The position numbers and the translations under genes are program-made. Below are positions 8,884 to 18,942 of a DNA stretch of 64,000 nt, one piece after another. Position 1 is the stretch's first letter. Every line of letters begins with the position of its first letter. This DNA comes from an uncultured delta proteobacterium (GTDB lineage: Bacteria > Desulfobacterota > Binatia > Binatales > Binataceae): positions 270,212 through 334,211 of the forward strand of contig CAWDXY010000001.1 of the NCBI GenBank assembly GCA_963806485.1. Direction: 5' to 3'. Below the pieces are notes generated by a model. The model did not search any database. It was not told where the DNA came from and saw only the letters and a list, made by a program, of their open reading frames with translations.

Positions 8884-9915
8884 GTGGCTAGCAAATCAAA
8901 ACTGCGGGGGGCTTTTTCCGGGTTTGGGGAGGTCGCCGCGCGGGCTCATCTGCCGGCGTGGCGCTTGCGTGAGAATGTTTCCATCGGCGTGGTTCACGAA
9001 CCTGTTTCCGAGCGGCGGCATGAGGCTATTCGGCTTATCAAGAGCGTTCGCGTGTATGACGACCTCGAGCTGATGCTTGATGGCGAGGCGCCTGATTTTG
9101 TGGATGTTGCGAGCCCGCCGGGGATGCATCATCAGGCTGCTCTCGCTGCGTTGGCCGCGGGGGCGCATGTGATTGTCGAAAAGCCGCTTGCGCTTTCGCT
9201 TGGCGAGTTCGATGAGTTGGCTGCGCTCGCGGCGGAGAAGGGGCGCGTTCTGATGTGCGTCCACAATTGGAAATACGCGCCGTCGTATGCGGCTGCGCGC
9301 CGCGCGATCGAGGCGGGCAGGCTGGGCAATATTCGATTTGTGTCGATCGATCGGCTCAGGACCGAGCCCGCCGGCGCTGGCGGCAGCGGCGGGAAGTGGC
9401 GGGCGTCGGCGGCGTCGGGGGGCGGGATTCTGATCGATCACGGATGGCACGTCTTCTACCTTATGTATTGGCTTCTGAGCGGCGAAAAACCGGTGTCGGT
9501 TTCGGCGCGGCTCGAATCGCCGGCGGGTGTGGACGTCGACGATGTTGCGGACGTGCGAATCCGTTTCGCGAGCGGAGCGTTCTCTCGAGCACATCTTTCG
9601 TGGCGCGCGCCTGTGCGGAGGACGTCGGCGCTCATCTATGGCGAGCGCGCGTGTATCGAGATTGAGGGGGATCGGGTGACGCTTACCGATCGGTCGGGAA
9701 AGATCGAAGACCTGTCGGAGACGGATATGGCCGACGACTCGTACCATTCGGCATGGTTCGGCGGAGTGGCAGAGGAGTTCGAGCGAGCGGTCACCGAAGG
9801 AACCAATTCCGTGGTCGCGAAGCGTAACTTGGCGGAGGCGCGTGTTGCACTGGTGCTAATCGACGGGGTGCGGAAGTCATCTATTAGCAGCGGCGTCGAG
9901 ATAAATCTCTCGTAA
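8884..9915 (+). CDS. Gfo/Idh/MocA-family NAD(P)-dependent oxidoreductase
   Basis: N-terminal Rossmann GFGEVA motif and a conserved EKP-loop (VIVEKPLA). Confidence 0.7.
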   Translation: MASKSKLRGAFSGFGEVAARAHLPAWRLRENVSIGVVHEPVSERRHEAIRLIKSVRVYDDLELMLDGEAPDFVDVASPPGMHHQAALAALAAGAHVIVEKPLALSLGEFDELAALAAEKGRVLMCVHNWKYAPSYAAARRAIEAGRLGNIRFVSIDRLRTEPAGAGGSGGKWRASAASGGGILIDHGWHVFYLMYWLLSGEKPVSVSARLESPAGVDVDDVADVRIRFASGAFSRAHLSWRAPVRRTSALIYGERACIEIEGDRVTLTDRSGKIEDLSETDMADDSYHSAWFGGVAEEFERAVTEGTNSVVAKRNLAEARVALVLIDGVRKSSISSGVEINLS

Positions 9916-10104
9916 AATCAAATAGTTAGAGCTGAATGGTTTCGCGCGGAACATTTTGCCTGCGCTGACCGACTGACCGCTCGGACTGTCGCTCTTGACT
10001 TTCGAGAGTGTGACGGGCAAGTTTCCATTGACCGAATGGTTAGCCGATATTTCGAGACCGCAGGATGACGGCGGCTCGGTTTAGCGCGCATCGGGCGAAT
10101 TTTT

Positions 10105-10815
10105 GTGGCCACGGGCGACGACAGGAGTAGAGCGGGGGTCGGAAGCCGGGATATGGGCGTTTCGCAGATCAAAGTGGGCATCGCGGAGCCGCGGACGATG
10201 TCGCAGGACTCGCGCGACGAGATCCTGAAGGCGGCGATGCGGCTGTTTGCGAGTCGCGGGTTTCATGAGACGTCGATGTCGGAAGTGGCGCGCGAGGCGC
10301 ACGTCAGCAAGGCGCTGATTTTCTGGCATTTCAAGACCAAGGAAGAGCTGTTCGTGGCGGTGTTGAACCGTTTGCTGGAGCCGTACTTTATCGATTTTGC
10401 GGAAGAAGCGGCGGTGATGGACGAGCGCGCGCAGATCGAGAAGCTGGTCGAATCGTACCTGTCGTTCGTGCGCGACAACGCGAGCTCGGTGCGATTTTTC
10501 CTGGCGCAGATGCTCCACGATCAGAAGCTCTCGGAGAGCCTGAACGAGCAGGTGCTCAAGCTTTACAGCGGGTATCGCGCGATGCTGATCGAGCTTATCG
10601 GGAGCGCGCAGCAGAAGGGACTCTGCACGCGGCGGACGGCGCCTGAGTCGGCGGCGGCGTTCCTGCTGTCGGCGCTGAACGGATTGCTGATCGAATATTT
10701 GTTTTTGGGCGCAAATGCGATCGACCCCGAAGGCGCGGTCGCCATGGTGGGCGAGTGGCTGTTCGGTCCGTCGGCGACATCTACATCGGAGGGCGGCGGC
10801 ACGCCGTCCTTCTAA
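10105..10815 (+). CDS. TetR/AcrR-family transcriptional regulator
   Basis: N-terminal HTH (ILKAAMRLFASRGFHETSMSEVAREAHVSKALIFWHFKTKEEL). Start uncertain; an internal Met is possible. Confidence 0.7.
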   Translation: MATGDDRSRAGVGSRDMGVSQIKVGIAEPRTMSQDSRDEILKAAMRLFASRGFHETSMSEVAREAHVSKALIFWHFKTKEELFVAVLNRLLEPYFIDFAEEAAVMDERAQIEKLVESYLSFVRDNASSVRFFLAQMLHDQKLSESLNEQVLKLYSGYRAMLIELIGSAQQKGLCTRRTAPESAAAFLLSALNGLLIEYLFLGANAIDPEGAVAMVGEWLFGPSATSTSEGGGTPSF

Positions 10816-10846
10816 ACTTTTTTCTTCAACCTGATCCAGGAGAGCT

Positions 10847-11851
10847 ATGCGCATTCCGCTGAGACAGATGATCGACTTGGGACGCTACATCCGCGCGAAG
10901 AAGCGGGCGGGCGAAAAATATTTTCCACTGGTACTGATGCTCGAACCGCTGCATGCGTGCAACCTGGCGTGTATCGGATGCGGGCGAATCGTCGAATACA
11001 AGGACACCATCCGCGACATGATGCCGCTGGACGAGGCGCTGCATTCGGCGGAGGAGGCGGGCGCGCCGATCGTGTCGATCTGCGGCGGCGAGCCGCTGAT
11101 GTACAAGCATATCGCGGCGCTGACGCGCGGGCTGATCGAGGATCAGAAGCGTCACGTGATGATCTGCACGAACGCAATTCTGCTCGAGCGATTCGTCAAG
11201 CAGGTGCCGCCCAGTCCGTACCTGAGCTTCAACCTGCACCTGGACGGGATGCGCGAGACCAACGATCGCGTGACCGACCGGCAGGGGCATTTCGACATCG
11301 TGGTGAAGATGATCAAGATGCTGAAGGAGAAGGGCTACCGGGTGCAGACCAACACGACGGTGTTCCGCGAGACCAGCGGCCAGGAGCTCGAGGACATGGT
11401 CAAGTACCTGACCAGCCTGGGTGTCGACGGGATGCTGCTCAGTCCCGGCTATCACTACCAGGTGCTGCAGAACGACGACGAGTATCTGAAGAAGGAAGAG
11501 ATGCCGGCGAAGTTCTTCAAGGTTCGCGACATGGCGAACGACTACAAGATAATCAACACGCCGATCTACCTGGACTACCTGGTCGGCAAACGCGACATGC
11601 AGTGCAGTCCGTGGACGACGGTGACGCGCAATCCGCAAGGATGGAAAGGGCCTTGCTACCTGATCACGAACGGGCACTATAAGACGCTCGACGAGATGCA
11701 CGCGGCGACGGATTGGGAGTACTATCGCACCAAGCAGGACTTTCGCTGCCGCGACTGCAAACTGCATTCGGGATTCGAAGGCACCGTGGCGCTCGAGTTC
11801 GGGAAGAATCTGAAGGACTCGTGGCGGATGGTGCGGCATTACGTGGCGTGA
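10847..11851 (+). CDS. hpnH: Adenosyl-hopene transferase HpnH (radical SAM)
   Basis: CNLACIGC radical SAM motif near the N-terminus, about 334 aa, sits just upstream of the shc cluster. Confidence 0.8.
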   Translation: MRIPLRQMIDLGRYIRAKKRAGEKYFPLVLMLEPLHACNLACIGCGRIVEYKDTIRDMMPLDEALHSAEEAGAPIVSICGGEPLMYKHIAALTRGLIEDQKRHVMICTNAILLERFVKQVPPSPYLSFNLHLDGMRETNDRVTDRQGHFDIVVKMIKMLKEKGYRVQTNTTVFRETSGQELEDMVKYLTSLGVDGMLLSPGYHYQVLQNDDEYLKKEEMPAKFFKVRDMANDYKIINTPIYLDYLVGKRDMQCSPWTTVTRNPQGWKGPCYLITNGHYKTLDEMHAATDWEYYRTKQDFRCRDCKLHSGFEGTVALEFGKNLKDSWRMVRHYVA

Positions 11852-11955
11852 GAAATCGAGCGAACAGGCCGTGAGCGCTCGCGATGCGCGGGGAGTTTCG
11901 CGTGCGGAAAAATCCCGCATTAAGGAAGCGTCCCGCATCCAATAAGAGACGAAAC

Positions 11956-12846
11956 GTGTTCGACTTGCACAGCTATTTGAAGGAGCGCGCTCGCACGATC
12001 GAGCTGGCGCTCAAACATAGCGTGGAGGAACCTACCGGCGCGGCGGCTCGCCTGCATGAAGCGATGCGCTACTCGCTGATGGCGGGCGGCAAGCGCCTGC
12101 GGCCGGTGCTCGCGCTGGCGGCGTGCGAAGCGGTCGGCGGCAAGATCGAAGCGGCGATGGGCCTCGCGTGCGCAGTCGAGATGATTCACACCTACTCGCT
12201 GATCCACGACGACCTGCCGTGCATGGACGACGACGACATGCGGCGCGGACGCCCGACCAACCACAAAGTCTATGGCGAAGCGATCGCGACGCTCGCCGGC
12301 GACGCGCTGCTGACGGACGCATTCAAGGTGCTCGCGCTGTCGGTGGACCGGAGCGCGTCGGCGGCGCTCGTGCTCGAGACAGTCGCGGAACTCGCGGCGG
12401 CGGCGGGATCGAGCGGGATGGTCGCGGGGCAGGTGATCGATCTGCTCGGCGAGGGCAAGTCGAAGACCGTCGAGGAGCTCCAAGAACTGCACGGTAAGAA
12501 GACCGGGGCGCTGTTCCTCGCGTCGGTGCGCGGCGGTGCGCGGCTGGGTGGCGGGAGTGCGTCGCAAATCGAATCGCTCGACGCGTACGCGCGCGCGCTG
12601 GGATTGGCTTTCCAGGTCGTCGACGATTTGCTTGACGTTCAAGGCACGCCCGAGCAAATGGGCAAGCGCACGCAAAAGGACTTCGAGCGCGGCAAGGCGA
12701 CGTACCCGGCGATACTGGGAGTCGAGCGCTCGATGGACCTGGCGCACGAGCTCGAGACGCGCGCGCATCGCGCGATTGCGGACTTTGGCGCTCGCGCCGA
12801 CGCGTTGCGGCATATCGCGACGTTCGTCGTGGAGCGCAAGCTGTGA
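11956..12846 (+). CDS. ispA: Polyprenyl diphosphate synthase (FPP/GGPP synthase family, IspA-like)
   Basis: First Asp-rich motif LIHDDLPCMDDDDMRRG and second motif FQVVDDLLD. GTG start at 11956 chosen, with AAGAGA 8 nt upstream; the ORF-track Met at 11884 would add an Arg-rich leader. Confidence 0.7.
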   Translation: MFDLHSYLKERARTIELALKHSVEEPTGAAARLHEAMRYSLMAGGKRLRPVLALAACEAVGGKIEAAMGLACAVEMIHTYSLIHDDLPCMDDDDMRRGRPTNHKVYGEAIATLAGDALLTDAFKVLALSVDRSASAALVLETVAELAAAAGSSGMVAGQVIDLLGEGKSKTVEELQELHGKKTGALFLASVRGGARLGGGSASQIESLDAYARALGLAFQVVDDLLDVQGTPEQMGKRTQKDFERGKATYPAILGVERSMDLAHELETRAHRAIADFGARADALRHIATFVVERKL

Positions 12847-13910
12847 GCGCGTTCGAAGCGACTGCGGAAATTGTTGGCACCCATTCGCGCCAGGCCATGC
12901 TGGTCGAGCCGGGACGGCTTGAGTTGCGTGATTACGTCGCGCCGCATCCGGGGCCCGGCGAATTGCTGATTCAAATTCGCTGCACACTGAGCTGCGGCAC
13001 CGATCTGAAAACATTTCGGCGCGGACATCCGATGTGGAAACTTCCGATGCCGTTCGGGCATGAGTTTTCCGGCGTCGTGGTGGAAGCGGGCGAAGGCGTG
13101 GCGGCGTTCAAGGCCGGCGATGAAATCATGGCGGCGCCGACTGCGCCGTGCGGAATCTGTTTTTATTGCCAGCATGGCCAGGAAAATCTTTGCGACGACG
13201 CGGTCGGGCGAATGGTGCATGGCGGGTACGCGGACATGCTGCTGTTGCCGGCGCACGTCGTCGCGCGCAACGCGTTTATCAAACCCGGGGATCTGCCGTT
13301 CGAGGAAGCGGCGCTCCTCGAGCCGCTCTCGTGCGTGGTGTACGCGCAGGAGATGGCGCGTCCCGAGAAAAATGAGACGGTGGCGATAATCGGCGGCGGC
13401 GCGTTCGGCCTGTTGCACATGCTGGTGCTGAAGGCGGCCGGCGTGCGCGAGGTGACGGTCGTGGGGCGCGGGGCAGAGCGCCTGAAGTGGGCGCAGGATT
13501 TGGGCGCGGACCGCGTCGTCGACGCGCGGAGCGTCGATGCGGCCGCGGAAATTGCGCGGCTCAACGGCGGCTTCGGCCCCGACCTGGTGATTGAGTGCAC
13601 AGGGCAAGTCGAGGGATGGCAGGATGCGCTGGCGCGAGTGCGTCGCGGAGGGCGGGTGGTATTTTTCGGAGGATGCGCGGAGGGCACGGCGCTCAGCGTC
13701 GATACGCGCCGGATGCATTACGACAATCTGACGTTGATGGCGCCGTTTCATTTTCGGCCGCGCGATGTGCGGCGCGCTTACGAGTTGCTGGCGGGGCGCG
13801 CGCTGAATGCCGGCGCGATCGTCAACGCGCGAATGCGACTTGACGATCTGACCGAAGTGTTTGAGATGCTCGAACGCGGCGTAGTTCTGAAATGCGCCGT
13901 GATTCCGTAA
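12843..13910 (+). CDS. Zinc-dependent medium-chain alcohol dehydrogenase (MDR family)
   Basis: Catalytic zinc ligands (CGTD, GHEFSGVV), structural zinc Cys cluster (CGICFYCQHGQENLC) and Rossmann GGGAFG. GTG start overlaps the ispA stop. Confidence 0.7.
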   Translation: MSAFEATAEIVGTHSRQAMLVEPGRLELRDYVAPHPGPGELLIQIRCTLSCGTDLKTFRRGHPMWKLPMPFGHEFSGVVVEAGEGVAAFKAGDEIMAAPTAPCGICFYCQHGQENLCDDAVGRMVHGGYADMLLLPAHVVARNAFIKPGDLPFEEAALLEPLSCVVYAQEMARPEKNETVAIIGGGAFGLLHMLVLKAAGVREVTVVGRGAERLKWAQDLGADRVVDARSVDAAAEIARLNGGFGPDLVIECTGQVEGWQDALARVRRGGRVVFFGGCAEGTALSVDTRRMHYDNLTLMAPFHFRPRDVRRAYELLAGRALNAGAIVNARMRLDDLTEVFEMLERGVVLKCAVIP

Positions 13911-13968
13911 GCGGGTCGCGGCGAACGCCCACGGTGGGGGTCTTAGTCAGTTGAAGCAAGGGTGAAAA

Positions 13969-15927
13969 ATGAGCCAGGCAATTGAAATCGGAAACACGGC
14001 GATTGCGATGTCGCCGCATGACGAGTTCGTCGCGAAGATTGATTATACCGTCGATCGAGCCCAGCGCGCGCTGCTCGCGCTGCAGAAGCCCGAGGGCTAC
14101 TGGCACGCGCCGCTCGAGGCGAACGCGGAGATGAACGCGGAGTTCATCATCTTCAACCATTTCATGGACACGGTTGACGTCGAGCTCGAAGCGCGGCTCA
14201 AGAAGTATCTGCTGGACACGCAGAGTCCGGACGGGAGCTGGGCGCTCTACCAGGGCGGCGAAGGGTATCTGTCGACGACGATCGAAAGTTATTTTGCGCT
14301 GAAGCTCACCGGGATGCGCGCGGGCGATGAGCCGCTGGCGGCGGCGCGCCGCTGGATCCTGTCGAAGGGCGGAATCGTCAACTGCGGAACGCTCGCGCGC
14401 TTTTACCTCGCGTCGATGGGGCAGATCACGTGGGATGCGACGGCGGCGCTGCCGGTAGAGCTGGCGCTCTTCCCGAACTGGTTCCCATTTAATATTTACG
14501 AGCTTGGATCGTGGGCGCGCGGGACGATGATGGGCCTGATGATGCTGCAAGCGGCGCGTCCCGAGAAAAAAATCGACTACCAGCGCGGAGTGCTCGAGCT
14601 GTACATCGAGCCGCCGCATTTCACGAAGTTCAAACAGCCGCGCGGAAAACAACTGCTGTCGTTGCGCAACGCGCTCAATTTCGCCGACAAGGCGCTGCGT
14701 CTTTACGATCGGCACCAAATCAAATCCTTGCGCGCACGCGCGCTGCGACGCACGGAAAACTGGCTCCTCGAGCATCAGGAGGCCAACGGCTCCTGGGGTG
14801 GAATCGAGCCGTGCTACCTGCTGAGCGCGATGGCTCTGAAAGCCAATGGGTACCGCAACGACCATCCGGTGCTTAAGAAGGCGATCGAAGCATCGCACGA
14901 ACTGATTTGGCATTTCAGTGACTACGACATGTACATGCCGTGCGTGTCGGTCAATTGGGACACAGCGCTGGCGGGCCGGGCGTTGCTGGACTCGGGATTG
15001 CCTGGTGACCACCGGGCGCTCAAGCAGACGTCGCAATGGCTGATCGATCATCAGATTTTCAAGAAGGGAGATTGGTCGGTGAAACGACCCGCGCTCGAAC
15101 CGGGCGGATGGGCGTTCGAGTTTTACAACGATTGCTATCCTGACGTGGACGATTCGGCGGTGATCTTGTCGGTGATGGCGGACTCGAAAGCCGATGATGC
15201 CGCGGCGAGGGAGCGCGCGATCCGGGCCGGCGCGAACTGGGTGATGGGAATGCAGTCGAAGGACGGCGGCTTTGCGGCGTTCGACGCCGACAACAATTCA
15301 ACCTGGCTGAATCATCTGCCGCTGGCGGACGTGGAAGCGGTGACCGATCCGTCATGTCCCGATCTCACCGGGCATGTGCTCGAGATGATGGCGTCGGTCG
15401 GCTATCGCAGCAACCATCCGGTGGCGAAGCACGCGATCGAATGGCTCAAGAAAAATCAATCGCCGGCGGGTGGATGGTGGGGACGCTGGGGCATCAACTA
15501 TATTTACGGTACGTACTCGGCGCTGGCGGGGCTGCGCGCGATTGGCGTCGATATCGACGAGCCGTGGATCAAGCGGGCGGTCGCGTGGCTCAAGTCGAAG
15601 CAGAATCCCGACGGCGGCTGGGGCGAGAGCCCGCTGTCGGACAAGGATCCGGCATGGCACGGGCGCGGGAGCAGCACGGCGTCGCAGACGGCGTGGGCGC
15701 TGATCGGATTGATCGCGGGCGAGTCGGAAATCAGCGAACATGCAATGCGCGGCGCGCAGTGGCTCTCCGAGGGGCAGAACGAAGAGGGCGCGTGGGACGA
15801 AAGAGAATCAACCGGCAACGGATTTCCGAATCATTTTTATCTTCGCTATTACATGTACCCTCACTACTTTCCGCTGATGGCGCTCGGGCGGTTCCGTCGT
15901 AGGCTGGCGGAGACGGCGGCACATTGA
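13969..15927 (+). CDS. shc: Squalene-hopene cyclase
   Basis: 652 aa, multiple QW motifs (QNPDGGWGE, QTAWALIGL), catalytic DxDD-type region (DVDDSAV). Confidence 0.9.
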   Translation: MSQAIEIGNTAIAMSPHDEFVAKIDYTVDRAQRALLALQKPEGYWHAPLEANAEMNAEFIIFNHFMDTVDVELEARLKKYLLDTQSPDGSWALYQGGEGYLSTTIESYFALKLTGMRAGDEPLAAARRWILSKGGIVNCGTLARFYLASMGQITWDATAALPVELALFPNWFPFNIYELGSWARGTMMGLMMLQAARPEKKIDYQRGVLELYIEPPHFTKFKQPRGKQLLSLRNALNFADKALRLYDRHQIKSLRARALRRTENWLLEHQEANGSWGGIEPCYLLSAMALKANGYRNDHPVLKKAIEASHELIWHFSDYDMYMPCVSVNWDTALAGRALLDSGLPGDHRALKQTSQWLIDHQIFKKGDWSVKRPALEPGGWAFEFYNDCYPDVDDSAVILSVMADSKADDAAARERAIRAGANWVMGMQSKDGGFAAFDADNNSTWLNHLPLADVEAVTDPSCPDLTGHVLEMMASVGYRSNHPVAKHAIEWLKKNQSPAGGWWGRWGINYIYGTYSALAGLRAIGVDIDEPWIKRAVAWLKSKQNPDGGWGESPLSDKDPAWHGRGSSTASQTAWALIGLIAGESEISEHAMRGAQWLSEGQNEEGAWDERESTGNGFPNHFYLRYYMYPHYFPLMALGRFRRRLAETAAH

Positions 15928-15937
15928 GCGAGTCGCG

Positions 15938-17107
15938 ATGAAAGCGATTTCAATTCTCGGCTCGACCGGATCGGTCGGCGTCACGACGCTGGACGTGGCC
16001 GGGCGATTCAGCGATCGATTTCGCGTGGTCGCGATGGCGGCGGGACGCAACCTTGATCTGCTGACGGAGCAAGTGAAGCGCTTTCATCCTGAACTCGTTT
16101 CGGTCGCGACGCCCGAACTCGCGCGCGAACTCGCGACGCGTCTCGGTGCGCAGCGCGTGACGATCGTGCACGGACTCGAAGGCGCGGTTGCGGTGGCGAC
16201 GCATCCCGACGCGAAGCTGGTGATGTCGGCGCTGGTCGGTGCGATGGGCTTGCAGCCGACGCTCGCCGCTATCAAGGCCGGCAAGGACATTGCGTTTGCC
16301 AACAAGGAAGTGCTGGTCATTGCGGGCGAGCTGATCACGGCGGCGGTGCGCGAGAATCGCGTGCGGCTGCTGCCGGTGGACAGCGAGCACAACGCGGTTT
16401 TTCAATGCCTGGAAGGGCGCGGGCGCGAGTCGTTAAAGCGGATCATTCTGACCGCGTCGGGCGGACCGTTTCGCGAGCTCGCCGCCGATAGCTTCGAGGC
16501 GATCACGGTCGAACAGGCGCTGAAGCATCCGACCTGGGTGATGGGCAGCAAGATTACGATCGATTCCGCGACGCTGATGAACAAAGGGCTCGAGGTGATC
16601 GAGGCGCGCTGGCTGTTCGATCTCAAAGCGGGCGAAGTCTCGGTCGTGATCCATCCGCAGAGCGTGATCCACTCGATGGTGGAAATGATCGACGGCTCGG
16701 TGATCGCGGAGATGGCGATTCCTGACATGGCGATTCCGGTGGCGTACGCGCTGGCGTACCCGGAGCGGCTGTCGATGACGCATCTGAAGCCGCTGTCGCT
16801 CGCGGAAAATTCGCGGCTGACGTTCGAGGAGCCCGACCTGCGGCGCTTCCCGTGTCTGCGGCTCGCGTACGAGGCGCTGGCGGCGGGGAACACGATGAGC
16901 GCATGCCTCAACGCCGCCAACGAGGAACTGGTGGCAGGCTTTCTGGCCGGGCGCGTGCGATTCGTGGACATCCCGCGTCATATCGAGACCGTGATGAATC
17001 GGCATCACAATCCCGCGGCGCGAACAATCGAGGACTTGCTCGAAACCGACGGATGGGCGCGAGCCACCGCGCGCGAACTTATCGGAGCGCGACCGGTCGC
17101 AGCCTGA
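15938..17107 (+). CDS. dxr: 1-deoxy-D-xylulose 5-phosphate reductoisomerase
   Basis: ILGSTGSVG N-terminus, conserved ANKE and DSEH motifs, 389 aa. Confidence 0.9.
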   Translation: MKAISILGSTGSVGVTTLDVAGRFSDRFRVVAMAAGRNLDLLTEQVKRFHPELVSVATPELARELATRLGAQRVTIVHGLEGAVAVATHPDAKLVMSALVGAMGLQPTLAAIKAGKDIAFANKEVLVIAGELITAAVRENRVRLLPVDSEHNAVFQCLEGRGRESLKRIILTASGGPFRELAADSFEAITVEQALKHPTWVMGSKITIDSATLMNKGLEVIEARWLFDLKAGEVSVVIHPQSVIHSMVEMIDGSVIAEMAIPDMAIPVAYALAYPERLSMTHLKPLSLAENSRLTFEEPDLRRFPCLRLAYEALAAGNTMSACLNAANEELVAGFLAGRVRFVDIPRHIETVMNRHHNPAARTIEDLLETDGWARATARELIGARPVAA

Positions 17108-17111
17108 GACC

Positions 17112-18038
17112 ATGGCAACCGCGCGGGCCAACGTGCAAGGCGGAGCAGCGTCGTACGCATCGAGCGCGGTGCGTGACGCGTCGATCCCGCCGGGAACCTT
17201 CGACGTTGCGAGCGCGTACGAATTCTGCGCGCGGCTGGCGAAGTCGCACTACGAAAATTTCACCGTCGCGTCGTGGCTGATGCCGAGCGAGATGCGCCCG
17301 CACATGTATGCGATTTATGCGTACGCGCGGATGGCCGATGACTTTGCCGACGAGCATCATGACCGCGAGATGCTCGACCAATGGGAGCGCGAGCTCGATT
17401 TCGCGTACGCCGGCACGCCGCGCCATCCGGTGTTTATCGCGCTGGCGGATACGGTGCGCCGCTTTGATATTCCTCGTGAGCCGTTCAAGGATCTGCTGAC
17501 GGCGTTTCGATCTGACGTGGATTTCAAAGGCTTCGACACGCTCGACGATCTGCTCGGCTATTCGCGCTACTCGGCGAACCCGGTCGGACGGCTGGTTCTT
17601 TATCTGTTCGGATATCGCGACGCCGAACGGCAGCATCTATCGGACCTGGTCTGCAGCGGCTTGCAACTCGCCAATTTCTGGCAGGACGTCGCGGTCGATC
17701 TCGACAAGGGGAGAATCTATTTTCCGCGGCGCGACCTGGAACGATTCGGTGTGACGACGGCGGACCTGGCGGCGCATACGTCGTCGCGCGAATTCGTGGA
17801 GCTGATGCGTCATGAAGCGGGCGTCGCGCGCGCGATGCTGGTCGAGGGCGGAGAATTGCACAAGCGCGTGGACAAGCGGCTGCGGCGCGACATCGTGATG
17901 TTCGCGGGCGGCGGGCTGGCGATATTGCGCGCGATCGATCGCGTCAACTACGACGTGTTCCGGAGGCGTCCGGAATTGGCGAAACTCGACTACCTGAAAC
18001 TCGGATGGAGCGCGATCCGTGGACGACTTGAAGTCTGA
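17112..18038 (+). CDS. hpnC: Squalene synthase-like HpnC (hydroxysqualene synthase)
   Basis: Squalene/phytoene synthase fold with Asp-rich motifs (YAYARMADDFADE). First of two tandem paralogs followed by the hpnE-like oxidase. Confidence 0.65.
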   Translation: MATARANVQGGAASYASSAVRDASIPPGTFDVASAYEFCARLAKSHYENFTVASWLMPSEMRPHMYAIYAYARMADDFADEHHDREMLDQWERELDFAYAGTPRHPVFIALADTVRRFDIPREPFKDLLTAFRSDVDFKGFDTLDDLLGYSRYSANPVGRLVLYLFGYRDAERQHLSDLVCSGLQLANFWQDVAVDLDKGRIYFPRRDLERFGVTTADLAAHTSSREFVELMRHEAGVARAMLVEGGELHKRVDKRLRRDIVMFAGGGLAILRAIDRVNYDVFRRRPELAKLDYLKLGWSAIRGRLEV

Positions 18039-18942
18039 CGGCGGCGCCGCCGGCGTCGAGCAAGGGGCCGGGCGCGACGGCACGTCACTCGAAGCAGACT
18101 ACGAACGCTGCGCGGAAATCACGCGGCGCTCGCGGTCGAGCTTTTACTACGCATTCATCCTGCTGCCGCCCGAACGGCGCCGCGCGCTGCACGCCGTTTA
18201 TGCATTCTGCCGCTTCATCGACGATATCGCCGACGACGAATCGATTCGTGAGCCGGCGCTGCTGCTGAAGCGGTGGCGCGAGGAACTCGATCGGGTGTAT
18301 GCGGGCTCGCCGACACGTGCGCTCTCACGCGCGCTCGCCGATAGCGCGCGACGATTCAACATTCCGCGCGAGCTGTTCGAGGAAATCATCAGCGGCGTGG
18401 AGATGGATCTCTCGCGCAACCGCTACCAAAGCTGGGAAGAGCTCCGGCCGTACTGCTATCGCGTTGCGTCGGCGCTCGGCCTCATTTGCATCGAGATTTT
18501 CGGCTACCGCAATCCGTCGGCGAAGTCCTACGCGGAGAACCTGGGGCTGGCGCTGCAGTTGACGAATATTCTGCGCGACGTGCGCGAGGATGCGGCGCGC
18601 GGGCGGATTTATCTTCCGCTCGAAGACCTCGCGCGATTTAATGTGAGCGAGGAAGAAATTATCGGCGGCGTGTATACGCCGAACTTCGTCAGTCTGATGG
18701 ACTTCGAGGCGCGACGCGCGCAGGAACTCTACGCGGCGGCGCAGCGCGCACTCGCGCCGGAAGATCGCGCGACGCTGCTGACCGCGGAGGCGATGCGGCT
18801 GATCTACGCGGCGTTGCTCGGACGAATCGTCAAGTCGAATTATCGCGTGCTCGACCGCCGCCACAGCCTCTCCGCGCCGCACAAGCTCTATCTGGTTGGC
18901 CGCGCGTGGGCGGTCGGCCGCTTCGGCTCGCTGCGCGGATAA
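18019..18942 (+). CDS. hpnD: Squalene synthase-like HpnD (presqualene diphosphate synthase)
   Basis: Second squalene/phytoene synthase paralog (YAFCRFIDDIADDE). Assigning C versus D by gene order is an inference. Confidence 0.6.
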   Translation: MDDLKSDGGAAGVEQGAGRDGTSLEADYERCAEITRRSRSSFYYAFILLPPERRRALHAVYAFCRFIDDIADDESIREPALLLKRWREELDRVYAGSPTRALSRALADSARRFNIPRELFEEIISGVEMDLSRNRYQSWEELRPYCYRVASALGLICIEIFGYRNPSAKSYAENLGLALQLTNILRDVREDAARGRIYLPLEDLARFNVSEEEIIGGVYTPNFVSLMDFEARRAQELYAAAQRALAPEDRATLLTAEAMRLIYAALLGRIVKSNYRVLDRRHSLSAPHKLYLVGRAWAVGRFGSLRG